Assembly (NCBI GenBank): GCA_030141605.1 | Contig: JAQGDQ010001556.1 | Span: forward strand, 1-34,842 | DNA: 34,842 bases | Direction: 5' to 3' | DNA from: Tubiluchus corallicola | Taxonomy: Eukaryota; Animalia; Priapulida | In this document: positions 22,354 to 32,427 of the stretch, piece by piece | Layout of the letters: each line of letters begins with the position of its first letter | Position numbering within the stretch: the first letter of the stretch is position 1 | Position numbers and translations under genes: made by a program | The notes under the pieces: generated by a model | What the model saw: the letters and a program-made list of their open reading frames with translations, nothing else | What the model was told of the DNA's origin: nothing | Database searches by the model: none

Positions 22354-23679
22354 ATGTCGTTGAGTGCTAGCGATGATGGCGACATTAAGACACCAAATAA
22401 AGGAGCAACCGAAACTGCTAAACCTGCTGCTGCACCTGCCGAAAAAGAGCTGAAAAAAACTTTTGGGAAAAAGCGTTACTTTAAAGACTTGGCGAGAGAT
22501 GTTAAACAGAATTTGCAATTTTTGAAACCGCCCAAGCCTCTGCCGCCCGCCTCTTCGACCGTATTTAAACACCAGTGTGCGGATCACGTGCTGACATTCG
22601 ACGTCGAAGAGTTCCGGACCGTGACGGTGTCCTTTGCAAATGTGGCGCCACAGATTAGGGCTATCCTAGAAAAGATGCCATCAGACCGAACGCAAGCCGA
22701 GTATGATTTGATGATTGACCTCCTGTGGCCGTTAAAAGGTTTCAGACGTCTGCCCAGGCCGGTGATGCAACACGTCATTCAAGTTCTTAACTACGACATC
22801 ATTACCGACGGCCGCGTCATTACCAACCAGGGCGCCGTCGGCGAGTCCTTCTACGTGGTCCTGCATGGAACCGTTACGGTGAAGGTGACCGCCGAAGACG
22901 AAAAAACCGGCCGCAAGGCAACGCGCATTGTGGGCGAGCTGAAGGAGGGGTCATCTTTTGGGGAGTTGGCTTTGCTGCAGAGTACAACCAGACAAGCAAC
23001 AACTGTCACTAATGGGACAGTCGGGCTACTTAGAGTTGATAAGCGCGATTTTGACGAAGTGTTAAAAGTTGTCCATCAGCAAGAGTGGAACGATAGATAC
23101 GATTACTTGCGAGCCATTCCATACTTCTCCTCCTGGTCTGATGAAGAACTGCTGTCCAGTACGAACAACACAACGATTGAAGAATTTCCTCCGGAAACGG
23201 TGATCGTCGGTAACACCAGCGAAGTTCAGCCGTACATCCGCTTCATTGTGTCTGGAGAATGTCGCATCTTAAAGGAAGTTTCCACGCGTCTTCTGAAGCA
23301 GCACACGAACTACTTTAACAGTTACAAAGGCGATTCCGTCCTCCTCTCATTAACGCGGTTGAGCCGACATCACTACTTCGGCATCGGGGAGTCGCTCGTC
23401 AATACCTACATCGTGTCGATTAGTAACGTTAAGTGCCTGCTCCTGCCTCGTATAATATTCATGAAATACGGTAAGCTAGATCAACTTCAAATCATGATGG
23501 ACTCGCTGAAGGCCGTTCTGCCCACGGATGCCGAGCTGGTGATTAGGTACAAGGAAGCTTGCCGATGGGCCAAGTACAAGAGCGACCTGGTGTCGGAAAT
23601 AATCGGCAAGCGCCGAGTGAAAACTAATGTTACTTTAGATGATATACCACAATCCATTCGCATGGCAACAGCACTGTAA
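22354..23679 (+). CDS. Nested intronless cyclic-nucleotide-binding-domain protein, CNBD2-like (one canonical plus one degenerate cNMP-binding domain)
   Basis: 457-aa ORF from 22306; AAAATG at 22354 is the more likely start. QGAVGESFYVVLHGTV and FGELALLQSTTRQAT (phosphate-binding cassette); second domain IPYFSSWS...FIVSGECRI...YFGIG lacks the cassette Arg. GC-richer than flanks. Confidence 0.88.
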   Translation: MSLSASDDGDIKTPNKGATETAKPAAAPAEKELKKTFGKKRYFKDLARDVKQNLQFLKPPKPLPPASSTVFKHQCADHVLTFDVEEFRTVTVSFANVAPQIRAILEKMPSDRTQAEYDLMIDLLWPLKGFRRLPRPVMQHVIQVLNYDIITDGRVITNQGAVGESFYVVLHGTVTVKVTAEDEKTGRKATRIVGELKEGSSFGELALLQSTTRQATTVTNGTVGLLRVDKRDFDEVLKVVHQQEWNDRYDYLRAIPYFSSWSDEELLSSTNNTTIEEFPPETVIVGNTSEVQPYIRFIVSGECRILKEVSTRLLKQHTNYFNSYKGDSVLLSLTRLSRHHYFGIGESLVNTYIVSISNVKCLLLPRIIFMKYGKLDQLQIMMDSLKAVLPTDAELVIRYKEACRWAKYKSDLVSEIIGKRRVKTNVTLDDIPQSIRMATAL

Positions 23680-23954
23680 TTGTATTTTTGAACAGTTTTT
23701 AAATTTGCCCAATTTTTTATATCATTTAAATAAGCTGCATTAATATTCAAAAGCCACCATGTTACAGTACCTATGAAATATTTCTAGTACTTCTATGTAT
23801 GTACTTATAATGTATGTTCAATCTTGTATGTGCTGCTTTATGTACAAAGTTTCATAATCACTTCAACAAAGTTTTTCGTACAAATTAAGTAACAGATAAG
23901 AAAATCCTGCTATAACAATTACTAACTATTTACATTCTCTCCCATTAGTAAATC

Positions 23955-23960
23955 AATAAA
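23955..23960 (+). other. Candidate polyadenylation signal of the nested CNBD gene
   Basis: First AATAAA I found downstream of the stop codon at 23679. Confidence 0.35.
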
Positions 23961-24861
23961 CAATGAATTATGTCTGCTAAATGTTTTGAGCAAGCTTTTT
24001 TGATATTTGTGACCACTATTTTTATTAGAAATAACCCTTTTCAGAATTTCAGTACGCACACGCTTACTTGAAAGTAGGCAAAGTGTTATTTGTACGTTTA
24101 GCCTGGTACCCACCCATTTCGAGTACTGGTAGTCTGGTGCTCACGTGTAATTATAGTATATTTACTATCCATTTAGCATTACAATGTACAGTTCACAATA
24201 TTGCTACGGCATTTTGTCAATAATTTAACAAAATATTGCAGCGCTTCTGCAGAAATATAACTTATAAGCTAACATGTGTTGTGATTACAGTGTGTTTCAG
24301 CAGAAAACACTGCAGGTGTCATTGGTCAAACGTTTTAATATAATTAAGTACTAAATAAGCAACACAAAATATTACAGTTGTCTACTATTACAATTATGTT
24401 TATTCGTAAGTCATTATTTAGCCAATAACGGCTGCATGAAACATGAGCTAACTTATTATGTTTGTAGGACAGATTAGTTTCTAAATTTTGTAAGAGGTTT
24501 GCTATAGAAAAATAAACTCTAGTTGCTCATGGACATATACAGACACATGTATACATTATATGTGCTGTACTTACGTGATTACACTTGGTAATTAAATTCC
24601 ATTGTAATTTCAATATTACTAATCATAACACAAGTTTTTTTTTGTTCAAAATTTAATTTTTTTCAGTGTTTAGTAAAAGGTAATGTTAAATGAAATAGTA
24701 GAAATGACTTACAGTGCAGTTCTTTCAAGCCGTAATTTCATTTAAAGCTTCACAAAATTGTGTACAAGTGTAAAGCCACCAGATGCAGTCATCTGTACAT
24801 GGGAGAGGTGACAGCTTTTTGAGAACATTTCAAATTCTTAATTCACATAGTTAAAAATCGT

Positions 24862-24903
24862 GACGTACGTTTCGACAGAGCTAATGCTGTCATCATCAGT
24901 GGT
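24862..24903 (-). ncRNA. Minimal hammerhead-like motif (Penelope-type), copy 2
   Basis: ACCA-CUGAUGA-U-GACAG-CAUUAGCU-CUGUC-GAAAC-GUAC-GUC with palindromic helix III; helix I poorly paired. Confidence 0.55.
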
Positions 24904-25352
24904 AAATTTTTACAAACGTACAACCAGTTTATATAGGCAGAGCCTACAGTATAGAACATTATGCACTAATTATGTATTTAACAGAAGCTAAATAGGTAAT
25001 GATTAAGCAGACCCGTAGATAAGAAATTGATACAGTAACACATGTGAACTGAGAGGTACAGCACCTGGTTTTGTGCATTGCATTTCCATACTGCAGACGC
25101 TAGTTCCCGTCTAACTAGTGAATGGTGAAATGCATGTAACAGCGAAGAACTAGTGGCGCAAACGTGAAATTGTGTTTGTGTGGTAATAATTCTTTCACGT
25201 GCGTCATTTTTGAAAAAAATAGTATGTTTGCTTTCAATATTTTAGTATATTTTCAATTAAGATTTTTTTCCATTTTGAAGCTTTAAATAATTTTTATTGA
25301 TGTCTGCTAGCATCCCTAACTTACTGTCATTTGTGTAACTTATGATTTTCAG

Positions 25353-25481
25353 ACATTGATGAGTGTTCGACTGATACTCACACTTGTAACCTGGAGACGA
25401 CCGTGTGTCGTAACACCGACGGAGGCCATCGCTGCGACTGCCTCCCTGGACACAAACGTTTGAACAGTCGACAATGTGAAG
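25353..25481 (+). CDS. cbEGF exon 12 (subtype A): DIDECSTDTHTCNLETTVCRNTDGGHRCDCLPGHKRLNSRQCE
   Basis: ttttcAG / GTatg, 129 nt, phase 1-1; His in place of the consensus Y/F. Confidence 0.92.
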
Positions 25482-25659
25482 GTATGAATGTTGCACTTTA
25501 TTCTTTATCAAGTTTCTATTGAATTGTCTTCGTGCTTATCTGTTTATTTGTTTAATACGTAATCTTTATTTAAATCAAAATATTTAAATAAAAAATGTTA
25601 ACAAAAAGAAACCAGGATAAAACATATATACAGCGCAGAATAAAATTTTACAGACTACG

Positions 25660-25915
25660 TTGCAGTGTATGAGCACAATATAAATAACACACATTTAAAC
25701 AATTACATATTAACAATACATTGCAGTGCTATCAGCACAACATAAATAACAAACGTTATACATTTACAAATTAACAATGCATTAACTGAGCACAATATAA
25801 ATAACAGAAGTTGTACAATTACAAATTAACAGTGCATTGCAGTGCTAGGAGCACAATGTAAGTAATACAAGTAATACAATTACAAATTAACAGTGCATTG
25901 CAGTGCTATGAGCAC
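25660..25915. repeat. Degenerate ~60-bp AT-rich tandem repeat
   Basis: TTGCAGTGCTATGAGCACAA...ACAAATTAACA recurs 4-5 times. Confidence 0.7.
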
Positions 25916-26012
25916 AGCAGAAGAAATTAACTTATGAGTTACGCTCATTGTGGATAAGACTAAATTACTGACATAAACAACAAAAAATGTATTAAAATGG
26001 ATGAGAGAAAAC

Positions 26013-26372
26013 GATAATGACGATTTTGATGATGATGATGATGATTATGATGGTGATATTAATGCTGATGAGAATGGTGGTGGTGATGACAACGTTAATG
26101 AATTGATGCTAATGGTGATGATGGTGGTGATATTAATGCTGATGAGAATGGTGGTGATATTAATGCTGATGAGAATGGTGGTGATATTAATGCTGATGAG
26201 AATGGTGGTGATGTTAATGCTGATGAGAAAGGTGGTGAAATTAATGCTGATGAGAATGGTGGTGGTGTTGACAACGTTAATGAATTGATGCTAATGGCGA
26301 TGATGGTGGTGATATTAATGCTGATGACAGTGGTGGTGTTGATGACAACTATAATGAATTGATGCTAATGTT
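26013..26372. repeat. GAT/GGT-rich repeat with a 27-bp unit
   Basis: Unit GGTGGTGATATTAATGCTGATGAGAAT. Confidence 0.85.
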
Positions 26373-26556
26373 GATAGTACTCCAGGATCAATGATATAAA
26401 CCAAGTTAGCCATTTTTGTAGTGTTACGAAAATTGTGTTAAAATATTGAACTATAAAAAAATATAAAAAGGAGTGTTGTTTTCAATATCAGAAATCAATT
26501 AATTAGGTTCATACAACTCAAGAATTGATTTCTTAAATTTATGTTTGAATATGTAG

Positions 26557-26785
26557 TGATGTCGTACTGAGCTCTTGAGGCTTTTATGAGCTCACAAAAA
26601 TGATGTCATGCTGATGTCATAACCGTGATGTCAGTATGATCTCAGGTTGATGAACTCATGCATACCTCATGGCATGACACAATGACTTGAGCTCAGCATG
26701 ATGTCATGACATGAGGTCAGTATGACATCACTGTGACATCAGAGATCATACATGAGGTCAGTATGACATCACTATGACATCAGAC
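26557..26785. repeat. Inverted-symmetric cluster of TGATGTCA / TGACATCA motifs
   Basis: TGATGTCA on the left half, its reverse complement TGACATCA on the right half. Confidence 0.6.
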
Positions 26786-26867
26786 TCTTCACTGGGAAAA
26801 GAGTGTTCTTCTTTTAAAATGAAATAGCCAAAAATGTAGCTACATTATTTTTTCTTTATAAATACAG

Positions 26868-26996
26868 ACATAGATGAATGTGGCATGGACGACCACGAGT
26901 GTCATGTCGAGGCCACGTGTGTCAACACTCCGGGTAGCTACCGTTGCGATTGCATGCGCAGAGGTTATTCTGGTGACGGCATAGAAACATGTAGCG
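26868..26996 (+). CDS. cbEGF exon 13 (subtype B): [43 protein letters not shown]
   Basis: atacAG / GTgag, 129 nt, phase 1-1. Confidence 0.93.
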
Positions 26997-27088
26997 GTGA
27001 GTAGTAGATTACGGACATTCTGCCCTCTGCACATGCCCCCTGCTGAATTTATTCATTTGATTGCTTAACTTTTTTGAAACATTATCAT

Positions 27089-27407
27089 ATGTGTGCTTGC
27101 GTAGCAAAATTGTCCATAAGTCAGCAATTAAGTTTTTCTAGGTATTCAAATTTCCTGAATCTTCATTTCATGAGGATCATTTTGATACCAAGTTCATAAC
27201 TCTATGTTATTTAAATTAAATTTTTTGGTATTTTTTGAATATTTTCTTGATGCTAGAATATAAAAGTACATTATATTTAGCATTTGTTTTTACAAAAAAC
27301 AAAAATTTGACATTTGACCAAATTTTTGACACGGTCCACTTTGAAAAATCATAATGTAGTTTTAACTATGCCGATTTATGGACGGTTTTGCTTTGAAAGC
27401 ACACAGT
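27089..27407. mobile_element. Partial copy (centre + deleted right arm) of the fold-back element
   Basis: CATTTCATGAGGATCATTTTGATACCAAGTTCAT and TGACATTTGACCAAATTTT shared with 18544-19100. Confidence 0.8.
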
Positions 27408-27646
27408 TGAATTCTCAAGTTGAAATCTATTTTCTATTTATTGCCTTTGTTGCTATGGTTGTTAATTTTACATATGTATATCGGATGGTGCAAGAAAGTA
27501 CCTAGTTTTTGATTACAATATTTTATAAGAGGAAAATTATGAGAAGAAGATTTTTCCAAAGGTACAGAAATTTTGAAAAAAGTCAAAAAAATAAATAAAT
27601 TTTGAAACCAGTTTTGTGTGAAATATTGTTAAAGTATTCTGTGTTT

Positions 27647-28062
27647 AGGGCTGAAGAATCAGCATACTAAACTCCTGACTCTGGTTCCAACTCCAACTCC
27701 TAGAATTTTAGAAGATCCAACTTCGACTCTGACTCTGGCTCTTAAAATGTTAAATTAATCTCCGAGTCGGACTCCTAAAGTAATAGTTTGTAGTAGTCTC
27801 AATATTTAGCTACAGTGGCACTTCATCATCACTACTTATGCTGGAAAAACAGTCTAACTGCTTAGACACCAGTAAGAAAGCATTACAAAATGTTACATTA
27901 TCCATAAATGCGTTTTAAAAGTGGCTGGACTTTGAGTTTGTCTATTTTTTACCGACTCTAATGCCGACTCCTCTAATCATAAGTGTACTCCCAAGTTCCG
28001 ACTCTGTCTCCAAAACCCTAAGTTTTAACAACCCCGACTTCGACTCCCACTCCACTGCCTTG
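27647..28062. mobile_element. Degenerate MITE with (CCGACT)-type hexamer repeats
   Basis: Many CGACTC/CCAACT units; ends CGACTCCCACTCCACTGCCTTG, starts AGGGCTG. Confidence 0.55.
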
Positions 28063-28621
28063 TCTGTGTGTCCACCAATTCCAATACGAACTAGACCAAG
28101 GCATTTCTTTTAATAGCTGACACATTTTCTCACTTTTTTAAGGTGTATTTCATCCTAATACTCGACAATTTTTGCCTTTAGTTTCTTTGCGTCGAAAAGC
28201 TCTGTGTGGCCATCATACGCTTCCTCTTTAAGGGAATTCCAGATGCCATAACCCAGAGGATTACGTCCCATTTTTCTTGGCAACAAATGTTTATCAACAC
28301 TTTCCTTTCTGTGGTGACGGCAATGATGTAAACTGATTGATCTATTCATTGTTTTGTTTCCATTCTAATAAATGTTTTCATACATCGACATTGTCGTTTT
28401 CAGTTGATGATCAGCTGACATTATTGCAGCATTTAATCTTTTAACATGCAGAAGTTTTTCAGCCGTAACTTAGAAACCACTAAAATTGTAAACTTGTGAC
28501 TTTCACAACCAAAGGTTAATATTTTGCAATACCATTCTGTGAAAGTTCAATTTTGAATCTAATACTATTGCAGTCTAAGCTAAGCACGCCTGGAATTTAC
28601 GTAATGAACGAATACATAAGT

Positions 28622-29120
28622 ATTTTATAAGCTGATTAAACTGCTAAATGTCCCTACACCATTATGGATGGAAACCGACATTTTATAAGCTGGTTAAACT
28701 GCTAAATGTCCCTACACCATTATGGATGGAAACTGCCATTTTATAAGCTGATTAAACTGCTAAATGTCCCTACATTCTTATGGATGTAAATCAGCATTTT
28801 ATAAGCTGGTTAAACTGCTAAATGTCCCTACACCATTATGGATGGAAACCGACATTTTATAAGCTGGTTAAACTGCTAAATGTCCCTACACCATTATGGA
28901 TGGAAACTGCCATTTTATAAGCTGATTAAACTGCTAAATGTCCCTACATTCTTATGGATGTAAATCAGCATTTTATAAGCTGGTTAAACTGCTAAATGTC
29001 CCTACATTCTTATGAATGTAAATCAGCATTTTATAAGCTGGTTAAACTGCTAAATGTCTGGACACCATTATGGATGGAAACCGCCATTTTATATGGTGAT
29101 TAAACTGCTAAATGTCCCTA
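28622..29120. repeat. 58-bp tandem repeat, about 8.5 copies, with a 3-unit higher-order pattern
   Basis: Unit ATTTTATAAGCTG(A/G)TTAAACTGCTAAATGTCCCTACACCATTATGGATGGAAACCGAC; unit ends cycle ACCGAC, ACTGCC, TCAGC twice. Confidence 0.93.
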
Positions 29121-29190
29121 TCCTCTACAGCATTATTGTATGTAAGCACGGTAGACACATAGTTGTTTTAATTCTTTCACATTTATTTAG

Positions 29191-29319
29191 ATTTTGACGA
29201 ATGTGCAATGGGAATTGATACTTGTGATAAAGAAACGACTGTTTGTCAGAACCGAGATGGTAGTTTCCGCTGTTCTTGCACTTGGGGTCATCAACGAGTA
29301 ACGAGCAGGCTGTGTGTTG
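29191..29319 (+). CDS. cbEGF exon 14 (subtype A): DFDECAMGIDTCDKETTVCQNRDGSFRCSCTWGHQRVTSRLCV
   Basis: atttAG / GTatg, 129 nt, phase 1-1. Confidence 0.92.
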
Positions 29320-29385
29320 GTATGGTTATAGATTGTTTGACAAATTTATGATTTTTGCTAATTGCTGTGAAAAATCTCACAATTG

Positions 29386-29913
29386 CAGGGATGATAATTT
29401 TCCGCGGATAAGCGGAATTCTGAGTTTTTGGAAGACCAGTAGTGCCATTTTTGTAAATCTCGTAAATTCTTTGAGAAAATTTTTACGGATCCAGTACATT
29501 ATTTCACAAGCTGACCGCTAGTTGGCAGGCCGTCACTTTGTTTACATCAAGTACATCAGTGTAACCACGTGTATATCTCTATGTATAAAAATATAGAATC
29601 AATTGTGTGGAGTTATTTGAGTCAATCGCAGACAGTTTTTATATACTTTTGCATAGGAGCGGCCAGTACTTAGGCGTTTTTGAGACAATTAGGTATCATG
29701 TATCCTTGATAGTTGGGTATTTTAAATTATGCATGAAACAAGGTAATTGATATTTTAAGTCCACTTAGAGGCTCTCTGTGGTCACAAAATTGCAATTTGT
29801 TGCTGACTCAGAAGGGGCTTTGCTCCCCTTGAACCTCCATGGGGGGGGCCTATGCGGTCCCCAAACCCCCGGCCTGTTTCAGAGTTTTTTGCAATTCGTC
29901 ATTCTCATCCCTG
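29386..29913. mobile_element. Non-autonomous DNA transposon with CAGGG ends that carries the family B fragment
   Basis: CAGGGATGATAAT / ATTCTCATCCCTG inverted ends, CAATTG on both flanks, GC-rich subterminal block at 29814-29874. Confidence 0.6.
29502..29691 (-). mobile_element. Internal fragment of MITE family B
   Basis: AGCTGACCGCTAG...TCACTTTGTTTACATC...GACAGTTTTTATATACTTTTGCAT shared with 15236-15430. Confidence 0.8.
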
Positions 29914-30743
29914 CAATTGAGACATCAAAAAGATATAATATATGAGTTATGCTTCCGTGCAATGTCTTCAGGTGAAAGGAACAAGAAGAAAACAAAAAGA
30001 ATACTATTTCTTTGTCATAATTTTACTCACAATAACGCATTTCATAGGCTCTTCAACTTTTTGGGAAGATACGTAACATCAGTAAAAAATTTGTAAACTT
30101 TAATTTTTCTAATTATGATGTTATTACACAAAAGATAACAGGATCCTTTATATATGGGCTGGCGGAACTACCTAATGATATAATTGATAAACTCTATGTT
30201 TACTCTACATATCACAATACAGTTATATGGACGAATTGGTACAAACTATGTTCTTTATTATGAAATCAACATCTTTTACCATTTTGAAAGTGACTTTTCT
30301 TGTGTTTTGTGCCTCTGTATGTTGCATTTTTAGTGATTTGTCTTGTGTTTTTATGTTTTTTGTGTCTGGATGTGTAAGTATGTATACATGTGAATATTTT
30401 AGTAATTTCTGTCATAATTTTGTAATATAGATAAGTGTTTTTTAATTTTTCATATACTGCTATATGCTTTTAAATGTATGAAATAAATTTTTGAAAAATA
30501 ATAATAGAATGATTTAGAACACGAGCACTAATTGAGCACCGAATAGCGCAAAGAAAAAACTGTAAAATAATGCAGGAAAAAATAGGAAAAAAACAAAACA
30601 TTGTTGATAATTTGGTACTGACAATTTACTATACTGAACAGGAAGGTCGTGTCAGGCATTGTGTTGTGTCATTGCATCGCCTTAATTTTGTTCATTGCTT
30701 AAATTTGTGACATTTATGTATTTCTGGCTCTTGTTGTAATAAC

Positions 30744-31539
30744 CAGTGGTGGCTTATAACTAAAATTAGTGGTGGTGCTGCTTCAGAAAATGTTTAGCCA
30801 TTGTTTTAATACTGTGTAAAACTAAACAAACATATGTAATTTTAATGTCGTAATTCTGATTGTAATTGTGAAAGTTAGTTATGAAGTTGAACTTGAACAC
30901 TTGTAGAAAACAACTGAACACTATATTACATGTTTGCACAAAAACTGAAACCGTTTATTACACTACATAGATATATGTAATATGACTGCTAAACTACACT
31001 ACACTGAGGACCAGAGTGTCCTGCACTGATCACTAAGAATTAGACAGTGGCTAGAAGTGAAATCTAGCCAGTTTATATAGGTAGAGAACTATGCAAAAAC
31101 TTGGCTTCACATATCCCATTACAGTAAAAATAGGGGAGATCCAGTGAGTTTGCATATTCACTGGACCGAGCAATTGTACTAAGGGTGAGTTTAACTAATA
31201 AAATATTAAAGTGACTAATCAATAGATGGCAGCACCTAAAATATACAGTTACAACTTTCACAGTAATTTTAAGCAAACAAACGTACGAAAGTTTATACAT
31301 AAACTTGATAAAATCCTAAGGAAAAAAATGTTATTTGCTTACTTACAGCCAAAAACCACGTTGCTTGAGCTGTGAGCACATGTGCTGGACTGTGAAGCAA
31401 ACAGTACTACCCTCACGTGCTCTGGTTCCTGAAAAGTATAAAGGAAGAACTAAAGAAAAAAGACTTATTATATTGAATATTATCCATAATAGGGGGGGGG
31501 GTGCTGCAGTTGTGCAGTAACTATACACGAGCCACACTG
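30744..31539. mobile_element. hAT-type non-autonomous element
   Basis: CAGTG / CACTG ends with 8-bp TSD GTAATAAC/ATAATAAC; GGTGCTGC near both ends. Confidence 0.6.
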
Positions 31540-32293
31540 ATAATAACACTAAACATTGTATGAGAGCATAACGTAGCATTGAGACAGCGAGTTTGCTTTC
31601 ACGAGAGTAACTACTAATGACAGTAACTCACAACGCCGTTCACACTTGCGAATTAACTCTCACAGAAATCTCATTGGTCTGAATGCGCGTTGGAAGAAAA
31701 ATATGTGTATTTACATCTATAGTCTAAATTACTGTTTGTGTAGTTCAAAATGTTGTGTTTATGTGGAAGGTAGTCTTTGCCACAGTTTTTGTTTTGTCTC
31801 TGCTTTTGACAATAGCAAAGATAGCGATTGAAATACCATTTCATTGACAGATACATGTATGATTAATTTTTTGATTTATATAATAATGTTCCAGTTGATG
31901 TGCAAAAATTTTTCATAAGGTCTCATTTAGTATCACTTTTGAGCTTTTATTGAATCATAATAACGACTTTAAAATTATGCACTAAATTAATTGAATCTTT
32001 TAAACCAAGCTTGCCCAAAAGAATGAATTGTCGGTTAGCTTCGTTACGTGTGCTGATGTTTTAATTTATAGGCTACAGGTGGTGCCGTCTGTTAGTAGAA
32101 AAATTTCCTGCATGTGATTTCATTTTTACCTGTTGCTATTAAAATGATCAAGTCTTTCGAAACTTTTCATTTTACTAAGATCTTAGATAATAAAATGTAC
32201 CAAAAAGTACTTACAGTATTTCCCGTTCTTACAGTTGTCATACTTTCAGTGTTGAAATTATTGATGTGTTGATCATCAGTAAATTTTTGTCAG

Positions 32294-32422
32294 ATCGGGA
32301 CGAGTGCACCATGGTCGAGGATGATTGTAATGAATTTGCTACTTGCGTGAACACGGTGGGAAGTTTCTTCTGTCGGTGTGACGTCGAGGGATACGCAGGG
32401 GACGGTGTCAACATGTGCTCAG
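32294..32422 (+). CDS. cbEGF exon 15 (subtype B): DRDECTMVEDDCNEFATCVNTVGSFFCRCDVEGYAGDGVNMCS
   Basis: ttgtcAG / GTacg, 129 nt, phase 1-1. Confidence 0.93.
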
Positions 32423-32427
32423 GTACG

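Noticed and set aside
19491-22354. In-frame EGF-CNBD fusion by splicing exon 11 to the 22274 acceptor
   Set aside because: Phase-1 reading is out of frame with the CNBD ORF and meets TAG within seven codons
22294-23750. Minus-strand ORFs overlapping the CNBD gene
   Set aside because: Antisense shadows of GC-richer coding sequence with no recognisable motifs
26001-26372. Acidic GGDINADEN-repeat exon
   Set aside because: The acidic reading switches frame and no convincing splice sites bound it; simple repeat
186-32422. Naming the host gene fibrillin, Notch or hemicentin
   Set aside because: No TB, LNR, Ig or other diagnostic domain in the window
186-32422. Dscam-like mutually exclusive exon cluster
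   Set aside because: No conserved docking or selector sequence seen upstream of the exons; tandem constitutive cbEGF exons are the ordinary explanation
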